Shown here in pieces: positions 1 to 9,298 of a DNA stretch of 64,000 bases (within the stretch, counting starts at the first letter, position 1; each line of letters begins with the position of its first letter). Under the pieces are notes generated by a model. The model was given only the letters and a program-made list of their open reading frames with translations, ran no database searches and was not told the origin of the DNA. The position numbers and the translations under genes were made by a program. This DNA comes from Oceanispirochaeta sp. GTDB lineage: Bacteria > Spirochaetota > Spirochaetia > DSM-2461. The stretch spans positions 160,001 to 224,000 of the forward strand of contig CAXXOA010000001.1 in NCBI GenBank assembly GCA_963666275.2. The letters are read 5' to 3'.

Positions 1-1
1 G

Positions 2-592
2 AGTGTGGGACAGATCGGAAAAATCGCGGCTCAGACAAACCTGCTGGCTATGAATGCGGCCATCGAGGCGGCTCATGCGGGAGATGTGGGGGCGGGATTC
101 GCCGTGGTTGCCGCGGAGGTCAGGAAGCTGGCTGAGGATTCAGGAGTCACAACAAAGCGCATTTCCGAGCATATCGGCAGGATGAACGAACTGAGCGGAA
201 GCGGTCTTGTTCAGGCTCAGAAAGCCCAGGAGAGTTTCGGGGAGATCAGTGAGGATGTTAAAAAAAATGCGGAGCTTATGGCTGAAATTTCCCAGGCCAT
301 GAAGGAGCAGGAAGCGGGGAGTCATGAGATGCAGTCTTCCATGGAAAGGCTGGACAGCCTGAGCCGGGATGTCCTGAAGATTACCCGGGATCAGGAAGTC
401 CAGAGCCAGCATATGGGGGAGAGTATGGGGCATCTGAACCGGGCTGCCAACGGCATCCAGGAACAGATGGACTCTCTTGTGGATCTGAACAATCAGGTGG
501 AAACTTTCATTGCCTCATTGAATGAAATCATCAAACGGAATACATCCATGGTTGAGGATCTGAGACGGGTTTCCTCTCTGAGTCAGGAATAG
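2..592 (+). CDS. Methyl-accepting chemotaxis protein, C-terminal signalling domain (5'-partial)
   Basis: [38 protein letters not shown] is the conserved MCP hairpin tip; the frame is open to the window edge. Confidence 0.95.
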   Translation, partial: SVGQIGKIAAQTNLLAMNAAIEAAHAGDVGAGFAVVAAEVRKLAEDSGVTTKRISEHIGRMNELSGSGLVQAQKAQESFGEISEDVKKNAELMAEISQAMKEQEAGSHEMQSSMERLDSLSRDVLKITRDQEVQSQHMGESMGHLNRAANGIQEQMDSLVDLNNQVETFIASLNEIIKRNTSMVEDLRRVSSLSQE

Positions 593-1434
593 ACAAGTTC
601 TGTAAAGGCTTTTCGCAGTGAACCCGTCAGGTCTCCTGGTGTTCCCGTACCGATCGGGCGGTTGTCTATTTTTACCACAGGAATGATCTCTGCTCCCGTG
701 CCTGTCAGGAAGCACTCATCCGCCGTATACAGATCAAACCGGGTCAGGGTGGTCTCCGCAAAGGGGACTCCCTGTTTTTCTGCCAGTTCCAGTATGCTGC
801 TGCGGGTAATGCCTTCCAGAATTCCAAGATGCGGGGCGGGTGTAAGGAGTTTTCCTTCCCGGATGATAAAGATATTATCGGCAGTACACTCTGTCACATA
901 GCCGTCCCTGTTGAGCAGAACCGCCTCCAGGCATCCTGCCGCATGGGCTTCCATCTTGGCCATTATGTTGGTCAGATAGTTCAGGCTTTTGACCCGGGGA
1001 TCAAAGATATCCGGCGAGAGCCTTCTTGTCCCGGCTGTGACGACAGCTATGCCTTTGCGGTAGAAATCTTCCGGATACAGGGAAATCCCGTCCACAATGA
1101 TGATCACCGAAGGAACCGGACAGCTGCCCGGGTCTATTCCCAGAGATCCTTTCCCCCTTGTCACCACCAGGCGGATGTAGCCGTCTTCCCGTTCGTTGAG
1201 ATCTACGGTTTTCTGTACCAGCCGGCCCATCTCTTCCGGGGTCTCCCGGATCATCAGATTCAGGGCTCTGGCACTCTGATAGAGCCTTTTGATATGCTCC
1301 TCCAGTTTGAAGATCTTTCCGCCATAGAGCCTGATCCCTTCAAAAATACCGTCACCATAAAGCAGGCCATGGTCGAAAACGGATATTTTCGCGTCATCTT
1401 TTTCGTAGAATTCTCCGTCAATATACACTTTCAT
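583..1434 (-). CDS. ilvE: Branched-chain amino acid aminotransferase (class IV PLP)
   Basis: [51 protein letters not shown] motifs. Confidence 0.92.
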   Translation of the reverse strand: MKVYIDGEFYEKDDAKISVFDHGLLYGDGIFEGIRLYGGKIFKLEEHIKRLYQSARALNLMIRETPEEMGRLVQKTVDLNEREDGYIRLVVTRGKGSLGIDPGSCPVPSVIIIVDGISLYPEDFYRKGIAVVTAGTRRLSPDIFDPRVKSLNYLTNIMAKMEAHAAGCLEAVLLNRDGYVTECTADNIFIIREGKLLTPAPHLGILEGITRSSILELAEKQGVPFAETTLTRFDLYTADECFLTGTGAEIIPVVKIDNRPIGTGTPGDLTGSLRKAFTELVYS

Positions 1435-2240
1435 TTCTTTACCTCCCGGTTATGAAAAATGTCTCTCAGATAGGTGTATCCCTCTCCGAATGTTTCTGTC
1501 ATCTGGGGCTCAAACCGCTCCACGATTTTCATGATGTAGATATCATGCTTGATATAGTCTTCCGCCAGAGTGACAAAGCCCCGGTTCCGGCTCCAGGCCC
1601 CTTCCGGGCCGCTTTCCGAAATAGTTCCGGCCAGGGCGGATGCCGAGTCGGTGACAAGGGTAAATCCCCGGCCTCCCTTTTCCTGGTAGAGGGTGTCTTC
1701 AATGGGATGCTGGAAAAGATACTCCATTTCCGACGATACCGGGCCGAAGTGGACGACCGCCGTTCTGATCCCTTCGTCTCTTTTTTTGTTGACCAGCGGG
1801 GCCAGCTGCCTGAATTCCTCTTTCCACAGGGACAGCAGGATCGTGTTTTCGGCAGTGAGGATCATCCTTTCGGCTTTCTCCATCATCTGGTCCATATCTT
1901 TCAGGTTCCATATGAAAGAGAGGTTTTTGCTCTCCCGGGGCTTCCTGAGTTCAGAGGACAGGGCGCTGATCCTTTTGTTCATCTGATAGCGGTAGGCGCT
2001 GAGAAACTCTTCCGGTTCCTGGGGAACATAGCGCTTTTTTGACTGATCCTGAATCTCAAGGATCATCTGTTTGTCCAGGAGCTTTCTGACCACACCGTAG
2101 ATTTTGGATGTGGGAATCCCGGCCTGTCCGGCGGCTTCGTAGGCCGTGAGAGGATGATCTTCCAGAAGGGCCAGATAGGTCCGGGCTTCATAGTCGGAGA
2201 GACCGAGATTCATGAGCTCTGTATTAATATTAACTACCAT
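1431..2240 (-). CDS. TrmB-family transcriptional regulator
   Basis: LGLSDYEARTYLALL...GIPTSKIYGVVRKL wHTH plus C-terminal effector domain; overlaps the ilvE start by 4 nt. Confidence 0.88.
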   Translation of the reverse strand: MVVNINTELMNLGLSDYEARTYLALLEDHPLTAYEAAGQAGIPTSKIYGVVRKLLDKQMILEIQDQSKKRYVPQEPEEFLSAYRYQMNKRISALSSELRKPRESKNLSFIWNLKDMDQMMEKAERMILTAENTILLSLWKEEFRQLAPLVNKKRDEGIRTAVVHFGPVSSEMEYLFQHPIEDTLYQEKGGRGFTLVTDSASALAGTISESGPEGAWSRNRGFVTLAEDYIKHDIYIMKIVERFEPQMTETFGEGYTYLRDIFHNREVKK

Positions 2241-2277
2241 GGTAGTTAATATAGGGGCGTAAGAAGATTTTTGTCAA
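2227..2277 (-). promoter_or_regulatory. Sigma70-like promoter and 26-bp perfect palindrome (probable TrmB operator) centred on the start codon
   Basis: ATATTAACTACCATGGTAGTTAATAT at 2227-2252; minus-strand TTGACA (2272-2277), 18 nt, TATATT (2248-2253). Confidence 0.75.
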
Positions 2278-2294
2278 GAATTAAAAACACAAAA

Positions 2295-3005
2295 TCAGTC
2301 TGTCAGGGGGAAAAGATCCGCTTTTTCAGCTTCCAGTATCAGTCCCAGAGCCTTCTCGGGGGAAGTGGAATTGATGAGATCTCTTATAAGATCCGTATCG
2401 GTGGCGATCCGGCTGACCCGTGAAAGGATCCGGAGATGGATGACTTCGCTGTCTGTGATAATGAGAAAAAACAGGTGGGTGGGGTTTCCGTCAATAGCAT
2501 CGAAATCACAGCCTTCGCGGCAGATTCCCATAATGATTTCCGGTCCGGGGATAAGACTTTCCTCAGGACGTCTCAGATGGGGTATGGCGATAGACTGCCC
2601 TATGGCGGTAGAGCTGAGGCTCTCTCTGTGCATCAGCTTTTCAAGAAAAACCTGACGCCCCTGGGCTCCCAGTTCCAGAGGAGCAATCATACTGTTGAGG
2701 ATGGCCTCTTTGGATCCCGGTTTAAGGTCCAGGAGTATCCGCTCCTTTTTGATGAGTCTTGAAAGGGGGACCAGAGATCCCTCTTTTTCAATCAGACTGG
2801 ACAGATCATTCTTCGGCAGGACATTCATCCGGGAGATCAGCCAGTCGTCGATCATGGGTTTCATGAAGCGCCACTGACTGGCTACTTTGGCGCAGGGAAT
2901 CTCCTTTTTCTGGATCATCCGCAAGACGGTTTTCTCCGCTACCTTCAGGTATTCGGCTACCTCACTGAGAGTCATAATCTGGTTATCAAAAGAACTGTTT
3001 GTCAT
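2295..3005 (-). CDS. Excisionase-type HTH fused to PTS EIIA(Ntr/Fru) domain
   Basis: MTLSEVAEYLKVAEKTVLRMIQKKEIPCAKVASQWRF HTH_17; STAIGQSIAIPHLR EIIA phospho-His motif; start moved to ATG at 3005. Confidence 0.88.
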   Translation of the reverse strand: MTNSSFDNQIMTLSEVAEYLKVAEKTVLRMIQKKEIPCAKVASQWRFMKPMIDDWLISRMNVLPKNDLSSLIEKEGSLVPLSRLIKKERILLDLKPGSKEAILNSMIAPLELGAQGRQVFLEKLMHRESLSSTAIGQSIAIPHLRRPEESLIPGPEIIMGICREGCDFDAIDGNPTHLFFLIITDSEVIHLRILSRVSRIATDTDLIRDLINSTSPEKALGLILEAEKADLFPLTD

Positions 3006-3167
3006 CAGGAGTACACTATAGTCTTTTTTATACCTCCATGGCAATGTATTCTTTCCTGCATCTTGCCGGGATCTCCGGAATTTAAACCCTCCCTGAGCGG
3101 AAGGACGCCGCCCTGATTGATTGACTAAGCTCCTGAAGCTGCTATAGCATGATCCCGGAGGAGAGCA

Positions 3168-3932
3168 GTGAAAGATTTTATCGTCAAGGTTGCCAGAGAG
3201 GCGGGAGAACTGGCGCTCTCCTACCGGAAAGATATCGATGCCATCCGTATGGTACGAAAAAGAACTGAAAAAGACCTGGTCACAGAGGCTGATCAGGCGG
3301 TGGAGGCCTATATCCGCAGACAGGTCGAAGAGCGCTATCCCGGCCATGCCTTTACGGGAGAAGAACAGGGTTCCACGGGAGAGAGCGATTACCGCTGGAT
3401 TGTGGATCCCATCGACGGAACCATTTCCTTTTTTCACGGCCAGCATTTTTTCAGTGTCTCCATTGCACTTGTGCACAAGGGTGAAACCACTCTGGCGGCA
3501 GTCTACGCTCCTGCTCTGGATGAACTTTTTTTTGCAGAAAAGGGGAAGGGCGCCTTTCTGAACGGTAACAGGATCTCTGTTTCCTCAACCCGGGAGGTAA
3601 AAGATGCTGTGGCTGCGACCGGGTTCTGCTGTATCCGTGACGGAAAAGAGACAGACAGCATGGAGATCTTTGCCCGGATGGTTCCGGTTCTCAGAGATTT
3701 CAGACGCAGCGGTTCCGCTGCATTGGATCTGTGTCATGTCGCCTGCGGCAGGCTGGATGCCTACTGGGAGAGATGTCTGAATATCTACGATGTGGCTGCG
3801 GGATTGCTGATCGTGGAAGAAGCCGGCGGGACTGTTACAGACTACAGGGGGAACCGGGAGCAAATTCCTTCGGAAATTGCCGCCACTAACGGTCTGATAC
3901 AGAAAGAATTTCTGAAGTCCCTCTATGCCTGA
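3168..3932 (+). CDS. suhB: Inositol monophosphatase family protein
   Basis: DLVTEAD, GEE, WIVDPIDGT, GSAALDLCHVACG, YDVAAG; GGAG RBS before GTG. Confidence 0.88.
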   Translation: MKDFIVKVAREAGELALSYRKDIDAIRMVRKRTEKDLVTEADQAVEAYIRRQVEERYPGHAFTGEEQGSTGESDYRWIVDPIDGTISFFHGQHFFSVSIALVHKGETTLAAVYAPALDELFFAEKGKGAFLNGNRISVSSTREVKDAVAATGFCCIRDGKETDSMEIFARMVPVLRDFRRSGSAALDLCHVACGRLDAYWERCLNIYDVAAGLLIVEEAGGTVTDYRGNREQIPSEIAATNGLIQKEFLKSLYA

Positions 3933-3954
3933 TTTCCTTCAGGACAGATTTTCC

Positions 3955-4698
3955 TCAGGCAATCAGAATCTCCACACCTGCTTTTTCCAGAAGGGTTCTG
4001 ATCTCCCCGGGAATGTCTTCGTCGGTTATAAGGCAATCCACTTCTTCCGCCCGGCAGTAACGGGAAAGGGCCACTTTGCCGAACTTGCTTGAATCGGTCA
4101 GAATATAGGTTCGGGGGCTGCGGCTAATGATTTCATGGTTGATTTCAGCCCGCATCATGTCCCGGCCTGTAAAGCCGGTTTCCGGTGTAAAACCGTCGAT
4201 TCCTATAAAGGCTTTGGAAAAATTGAGAGCATTCAGGCAGAGTTTGACAAGGTTTCCCACCATACATTCACTTTCGGGCTGATAGATACCGCCCAGGAGA
4301 ATCACCTTTCCCTCCGCTTCCTTCCCGATCTGACGGGCAATGAAGGTATTGGATGTTATAATTGTGGTTCCCGGAATCTTTGCCACTTCCTTGGCAAACA
4401 GGGCATTGATCGAACCCGATTCTATATAGATGATCTCCCCTTCCGAAACATTTTCAGCCGCTTTCCGGGCAATTTGAAGTTTTTTTTCATAGTTGATACC
4501 CATGCGGTGGGAAATATCATCGCTTTCATCCAGTACGGCCCCGCCGTGAACTCTTCTGAGAAAGCCATTATTTTCAAGCATTGTAAGATCCTGTCTCACC
4601 GTGGCCTGGGAAACCCCAAGCTGCTGAGCCAGGGCATTGACGGAGACTTTCCTTCCGTCAGACATGATGCTCAGGATCTGTTTATGTCTTTCATTCAT
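3955..4698 (-). CDS. yciT: DeoR/GlpR-family regulator, YciT-like
   Basis: VSQATVRQDL HTH; FSKAFIGIDGFTPETGFTGRDMMR matches the recalled E. coli YciT signature. Confidence 0.85.
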   Translation of the reverse strand: MNERHKQILSIMSDGRKVSVNALAQQLGVSQATVRQDLTMLENNGFLRRVHGGAVLDESDDISHRMGINYEKKLQIARKAAENVSEGEIIYIESGSINALFAKEVAKIPGTTIITSNTFIARQIGKEAEGKVILLGGIYQPESECMVGNLVKLCLNALNFSKAFIGIDGFTPETGFTGRDMMRAEINHEIISRSPRTYILTDSSKFGKVALSRYCRAEEVDCLITDEDIPGEIRTLLEKAGVEILIA

Positions 4699-4736
4699 AT
4701 TATTACTATTCCTATATTCTTTTTGTTATGTCTCTA

Positions 4737-5216
4737 TCATATCTGTATTGTCTCTTTCTGAGAAGTATTCAGGTAGTCTCTTATCACATCAACGGCAAAA
4801 TCATGATCTTCTTCATCTGTCAGGCCCGATACAGTAAGAGATCCGATGATCCCTCCGGAAGAGAGGAGGATGGGAAAGGCTCCGCCCCAGGGTCTGTACT
4901 CCGTGGGATCCAGGAAATAACTCTCCACATTCTTGCCCCTGCTTTTCATATGACGGGACACATAGAGAGAACTGTGCTGGAAATAGGCACAGATCTTCTG
5001 CTTCCCTTCAATCCAGCGGCTGTTGTCCCGGGTGGTTCCCTCAAGAAAAGCTGTAAACAGAAGCTGTCCGTTTCTATGGATCCCGATAGCTAGAGGAAGG
5101 GATTCTTCGGTTGCCTTTTCTACGGCTGATCTGCCCAGTTCCCAGGCAATGGTGTTGTTGAATTGCGGAAAAGTCAGTTCTTTCTCCTCCTGAAGGAGAG
5201 TAGGGAGGTCTTTCAT
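4737..5216 (-). CDS. UPF0303 / GlcG-HbpS-like heme-binding domain protein
   Basis: FNNTIAWELG, GGAFPI, TVSGLTDEEDH motifs. Confidence 0.8.
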   Translation of the reverse strand: MKDLPTLLQEEKELTFPQFNNTIAWELGRSAVEKATEESLPLAIGIHRNGQLLFTAFLEGTTRDNSRWIEGKQKICAYFQHSSLYVSRHMKSRGKNVESYFLDPTEYRPWGGAFPILLSSGGIIGSLTVSGLTDEEDHDFAVDVIRDYLNTSQKETIQI

Positions 5217-5236
5217 GGAAAAACCTTGTCATGCTG

Positions 5237-5269
5237 TTTCAAATGAAGAAAAATGATATTCATATGAAA
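5237..5269. promoter_or_regulatory. Paired palindromic operator (site 1 of 5), probable YciT-like DeoR site
   Basis: TTTCAAATGAAG (5237-5248) and ATTCATATGAAA (5258-5269), 21-bp spacing. Confidence 0.65.
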
Positions 5270-5289
5270 ATATTATGGAGGGAATTTTT

Positions 5290-6792
5290 CTATCTGTCAA
5301 TAAAATCTCCCAGGCCGGCCCTGCTTATATGATCACCTGCCCGGAGCCCCTGGGCGGCGATTGTCAGAGCGGGATTGACAGCTCCGGAGGTGGGAAAGAA
5401 ACTGGCATCCACCACAAACAGATTGGGATGGTCCCAGCTCCGGCCGAAAGGATCCAGCGGTGCTTCTTCGGCGGTTCTGCCGAAGCGGATGGTTCCGCAC
5501 TGATGCTGAACCGCCCGGATATCCCTTTTATCAACAAAGATCAGAGGGTATCCGGCTTTTCTCATCATCCGGGAGGCTGCTGAAATCAGCTGCCTGTGGG
5601 CTTCTGTATTCCTGTGTTCTACAGAAAGCTGAATCCGGTTGTCCTCCCTGAGGATGATTCTGTTTTCCCTTTCAGGGGGATCTTCGGTCATCAGCCAGAG
5701 ATCAATGCTTCTGGGAGCAATGACGCCGGCCAGGGATTTCAGTATTCCTCCCGATCGGGTCTTCAGCATTTCCCTCTGAATCTTTCCTCTGAGCTGGATA
5801 TTGCCCCAGCCTCTTTCATAGAAGTCATTCAGCCCCAGGGTTTTCTGAAATACAGTCGGGTTTTTTTTCAGAGGGGATAGGGCCAGCATGACCGAATTGA
5901 TATGGCTCATATAGTTCCGGCCCACCAGGTCGGTCGTATTGGCCGCCCCGGATTTATGCTTTTCATCCCGGGACCGGAGCAGGAGGGCGGCCGAATTGAC
6001 TGCCCCAGCGGACACCACTACCAGACGTGCCTTCTGATCGTATTCTTTCCCTTCATGCAGAATCCTGGCTCCCTCTATCAGGTTTTTCTTTCCGGCATAA
6101 AGGAGTTTTACCGCATAGGCCCCTGTGAGCAGTGTCAGGTTGGAGTCTGTTTTCAGATACAGCGGCCGGAGGAACCGGTTCTCTCCATCCCCTTTGGCCC
6201 GTACCATGCAGGGAAATCCGTCGCAGGGACTGCCCTTTCTGCACTTTCCCCCGGGCCCCTGATCAATGGCGATGGGGAGATGAAAAGGGTGAAGCCCCTG
6301 TTTTTCAAGATCTACCGCCAGATCGGTTATAACCTGTTCATGCGAAGCGGCGGTGAAAGGGTATTCCTTCCGGGGCGGCTCTGTGGGATCCTCTCCGGAT
6401 TTTCCCCTGACCCCCAGGAGTTCTTCGGCTTTTTCATACCAGGGGGCGAAGTCGCTGTAGTTCACAGGCCAGTTTCTGAAGTCTGATTCCCGCAGCCTGA
6501 AGGCGGTTCCTCCGAAGAACTTGCTGTTTCCCCCCACGTTGTAGTACATCCTGGGCGTAAAGGACTGCCCCTGCCTGTCGATCCAGATCTCCCGGCTGGC
6601 ATAGCGTCTGTTCTCTACAATCTCATGAACATCCCAGTTCTCTTTTTCCTGCTTTATGAAATCTCCCCGTTCGACCATCAGGACTGAGAGTCCCGAATCC
6701 TTCAGGGCGTAGGCGAGAGCACTTCCGCCCATGCCGGAACCTATGATCAGAACGTCGTAGGTGAAATTTTTATTCCAAATATTTGAATTCAT
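5290..6792 (-). CDS. GMC-family FAD oxidoreductase (sugar/glycoside dehydrogenase-like)
   Basis: DVLIIGSGMGG FAD motif, VGGNSKF, CRKGSPCDGFPC Cys motif, HQCGT, NLFVVDASFFPTSGAVNPALT; start at ATG 6792. Confidence 0.88.
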   Translation of the reverse strand: MNSNIWNKNFTYDVLIIGSGMGGSALAYALKDSGLSVLMVERGDFIKQEKENWDVHEIVENRRYASREIWIDRQGQSFTPRMYYNVGGNSKFFGGTAFRLRESDFRNWPVNYSDFAPWYEKAEELLGVRGKSGEDPTEPPRKEYPFTAASHEQVITDLAVDLEKQGLHPFHLPIAIDQGPGGKCRKGSPCDGFPCMVRAKGDGENRFLRPLYLKTDSNLTLLTGAYAVKLLYAGKKNLIEGARILHEGKEYDQKARLVVVSAGAVNSAALLLRSRDEKHKSGAANTTDLVGRNYMSHINSVMLALSPLKKNPTVFQKTLGLNDFYERGWGNIQLRGKIQREMLKTRSGGILKSLAGVIAPRSIDLWLMTEDPPERENRIILREDNRIQLSVEHRNTEAHRQLISAASRMMRKAGYPLIFVDKRDIRAVQHQCGTIRFGRTAEEAPLDPFGRSWDHPNLFVVDASFFPTSGAVNPALTIAAQGLRAGDHISRAGLGDFIDR

Positions 6793-6812
6793 AAGTATAA
6801 TTGTATTATATT

Positions 6813-6846
6813 GTCCATATGAAATCAAAAAAACTTTCGAATGAAA
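6813..6846. promoter_or_regulatory. Paired palindromic operator (site 2 of 5) between divergent GMC and RPE-like genes
   Basis: GTCCATATGAAA (6813-6824) and TTTCGAATGAAA (6835-6846), 22-bp spacing. Confidence 0.65.
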
Positions 6847-6862
6847 GTTAAAAGAGGTTTAT

Positions 6863-7639
6863 ATGGATAAAAGAAGTATAGGTAATGTTACTGATAAAGT
6901 AAAAATCGCTGCCGGGCTTTTCTGGGCGGATTACGGAAATCTGGCGGGGACTGTTAAGGAACTGGAAGAAGCCGGGGCGGACTGGATCCATCTGGAAATG
7001 CGGGACGGACAGTATATGAACTTCAATGCTCCCAGGGGGGGGCTGGATATCCTTATGGGGATCCGTCCCCATACGTCTCTGGAAATTGAGGTGCAGCTGC
7101 AGATGGTCAGGCCGACTTTCGACCTTTACAGGCAATTGAAAGAGGCGGGGGCCGATCTGATCACGATTCCTCTGGAAACGGCTATGGAAAACACAATGCA
7201 GGATATCACCTTTATCAAAGATGCTCTGGGGCTGAAAGCGGGCGTCTGGGGCTGGCAGGGTATGCCTCTGAATTTTTTCTATCAGTACATCCCTTTTGTG
7301 GATATTATTGAATACGAGAGCCGGGCCCGGTTCTGGGTGGATGAAAAGGGAAAGACTCCCCATCTGATCGATCCCATCATGGTGGAAAGCATCGGGGAAC
7401 TGAAAGAGATGATCCGGAAAGCCGGAAGGGAAGGGGAGGTGGACCTGATGGAAGACGGGGGGATCAACGCAAAGAATTCCGCCCCCTTCGCCAGGGCCGG
7501 AATGACTGTGGGGGAGTACTCTTCGGCTCTGCTGAAAGGACCTGACGGTGAAGGTCCGGGAAACCGCTATGTTCCGGGATCCGGCAGGATCACTAGAGCC
7601 GTAAAAGAACTGCGGTCCGCACTGGACCGGGCTGTCTGA
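6863..7639 (+). CDS. Ribulose-phosphate 3-epimerase-family (TIM barrel) protein, divergent active site
   Basis: ADYGNL...GADWIHLEMRDGQY and MEDGGIN match the RPE fold; the HxD and DxH motifs are altered. Confidence 0.75.
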   Translation: MDKRSIGNVTDKVKIAAGLFWADYGNLAGTVKELEEAGADWIHLEMRDGQYMNFNAPRGGLDILMGIRPHTSLEIEVQLQMVRPTFDLYRQLKEAGADLITIPLETAMENTMQDITFIKDALGLKAGVWGWQGMPLNFFYQYIPFVDIIEYESRARFWVDEKGKTPHLIDPIMVESIGELKEMIRKAGREGEVDLMEDGGINAKNSAPFARAGMTVGEYSSALLKGPDGEGPGNRYVPGSGRITRAVKELRSALDRAV

Positions 7640-7694
7640 AACAGGCCGGCGGAAAAGGGAAAATACATAATCTGTTCTGAAGGAGAATTGGTAA

Positions 7695-8828
7695 ATGGAT
7701 AAAATCGGCGTAGCTATGGCAGGTTTCGGAGGAATCGGCAGAATCCATCTGCTGGCGTACAGGGAGATTCCTCACTTCTATCCGGGAAAGCTTCCGGAAA
7801 TACGGATGACCGGAGTTCTCAGGTCTGGAAAAAGCGCTTCGGTAGAAACAGCCCGGGAAAACGGGTTTGACAGAGGCTACGGCAGTTTCCGGGAAATCCT
7901 GGAGGATCCCGAAGTGGACGTGATTGATCTTGTCACTCCCAACTATCTCCATAAGGATCAGATTATAGCCGCTCTTGAAGGGGGTAAGCACATTCTCTGC
8001 GAAAAACCCCTGGCCCTGAACGCCGCCGAAACGGATGAAATCCTCAGGGCCGCGGAAAAATCCCGGGGAAAAATCGGGATGATTTTCAATTACCGCTTTG
8101 TTCCGGCCATTATGAAAGCCCGGGAACTCATTGACCAGGGCCGTCTGGGAGAGGTCTACTCCTTCCGGGGAGAGTATTTTCATACAGGTTATCAGGACCC
8201 CTCCCGTCCATACAGCTGGCGGATGGATTTTGACAGGTCCGGCGGAGGGGCTCTGGCGGATCTGGGCGTCCATGTTCTGGATCTGCTGAGCTATCTTCTG
8301 GGGGACTTCAAAAGTGTCAGAGCCGATCTGGAAATCTACATAAAAGAGCGGCCCGTCCCGGGACGTGAAGGCGGGATGGCCTCTGTTTCTGTGGACGATG
8401 CGGCCTGGCTTCAGTGCCGGCTGACAGAGGGGGGCCGGGGAAGCGTGGAAGTCTCCCGTTTTGCCACGGGGACTCTGGATGATCTGAATATAACGGTTTA
8501 TGGCAGCAGGGGGTCTTTTCAGTTCCGTCTGATGGATCCGGGCTTTCTCTACTGGTTCGATCAGGACCGGAAGGAGGAGGGGTGGAAACGGCTGGAAACC
8601 CTGCAGCACTACCCGGAGGCGAAAATTCCCAATCCCCGGTCAGTGATCGGCTGGAACCGTTTCCATGCGGAGAACCAGTACAGATTTCTCAAATCAGTTG
8701 TAGAGGGAACTCCCTTCTCCCCGGGAGTGGAAGAGGGAGCCCGGGCCCAGTATGTCCTTGATGCGGCCTACCGGAGTGCTCTTTCGGGCAGGGAGGAGGA
8801 GGTTCAGCAGATCTCTTCTGCCTCGTAG
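7695..8828 (+). CDS. Gfo/Idh/MocA-family NAD(P)-dependent sugar oxidoreductase
   Basis: GFGGIG, TPNYLH, GKHILCEKPLA, GGGALADLGVHVLD. Confidence 0.92.
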   Translation: MDKIGVAMAGFGGIGRIHLLAYREIPHFYPGKLPEIRMTGVLRSGKSASVETARENGFDRGYGSFREILEDPEVDVIDLVTPNYLHKDQIIAALEGGKHILCEKPLALNAAETDEILRAAEKSRGKIGMIFNYRFVPAIMKARELIDQGRLGEVYSFRGEYFHTGYQDPSRPYSWRMDFDRSGGGALADLGVHVLDLLSYLLGDFKSVRADLEIYIKERPVPGREGGMASVSVDDAAWLQCRLTEGGRGSVEVSRFATGTLDDLNITVYGSRGSFQFRLMDPGFLYWFDQDRKEEGWKRLETLQHYPEAKIPNPRSVIGWNRFHAENQYRFLKSVVEGTPFSPGVEEGARAQYVLDAAYRSALSGREEEVQQISSAS

Positions 8829-9112
8829 TCAAAGACCAGAACCCCTTCAAGAAGGGGACCGGCATAGGCAGAAAACGCTTTATGGTCCGGATGGACAAGG
8901 TAGGAATCCCTCTCTTTTGTTCCGGCGAAAGAGAGGACATAACCGTCGGTGAACCCCAGGTTCAGATTCTCGGGGCTTATGTTCACACCCCACTCAAATC
9001 CGAGTATTTCCGGTATCATCCCCTTAAGGGCGGCAAATCTTGCATGCAGCTCCTCCAGTTTCTCTTTTTCCGCATTCTCCGAATAGTTGAATAGAACAAT
9101 ATGACGTATCAC
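8804..9112 (-). CDS. Dabb (stress-responsive alpha/beta barrel) protein
   Basis: MIRHIVLF, YLVHPDH, LVFDY. Confidence 0.85.
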   Translation of the reverse strand: MIRHIVLFNYSENAEKEKLEELHARFAALKGMIPEILGFEWGVNISPENLNLGFTDGYVLSFAGTKERDSYLVHPDHKAFSAYAGPLLEGVLVFDYEAEEIC

Positions 9113-9192
9113 TGTATTTTTTTCTCCTTTTCCTATGACAGTATAATCTAAGTAATCGCATCAATAATATCTGTGTATACGACAATAATAAT

Positions 9193-9225
9193 CTTCATAT
9201 GAAAAATAAAAGTTTACAAGTGAAA
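9193..9225. promoter_or_regulatory. Paired palindromic operator (site 3 of 5) upstream of the sugar ABC operon
   Basis: CTTCATATGAAA (9193-9204) and TTACAAGTGAAA (9214-9225), 21-bp spacing. Confidence 0.6.
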
Positions 9226-9298
9226 ATTGCGATGATAAGATTATTATAAAATCACTGATTTATCCACGTTCTTTTTCGCGTGCGATAAAGGAGGAAAA

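Noticed and set aside
2295..3005. Excisionase-like HTH as evidence of a prophage or ICE
   Set aside because: It is fused to EIIA, a known regulatory architecture, and there are no integrase or phage genes
3006..3476. 393-aa version of the HTH-EIIA ORF
   Set aside because: The extension is antisense to the inositol monophosphatase gene and has no recognisable domain; the real start is near 3005
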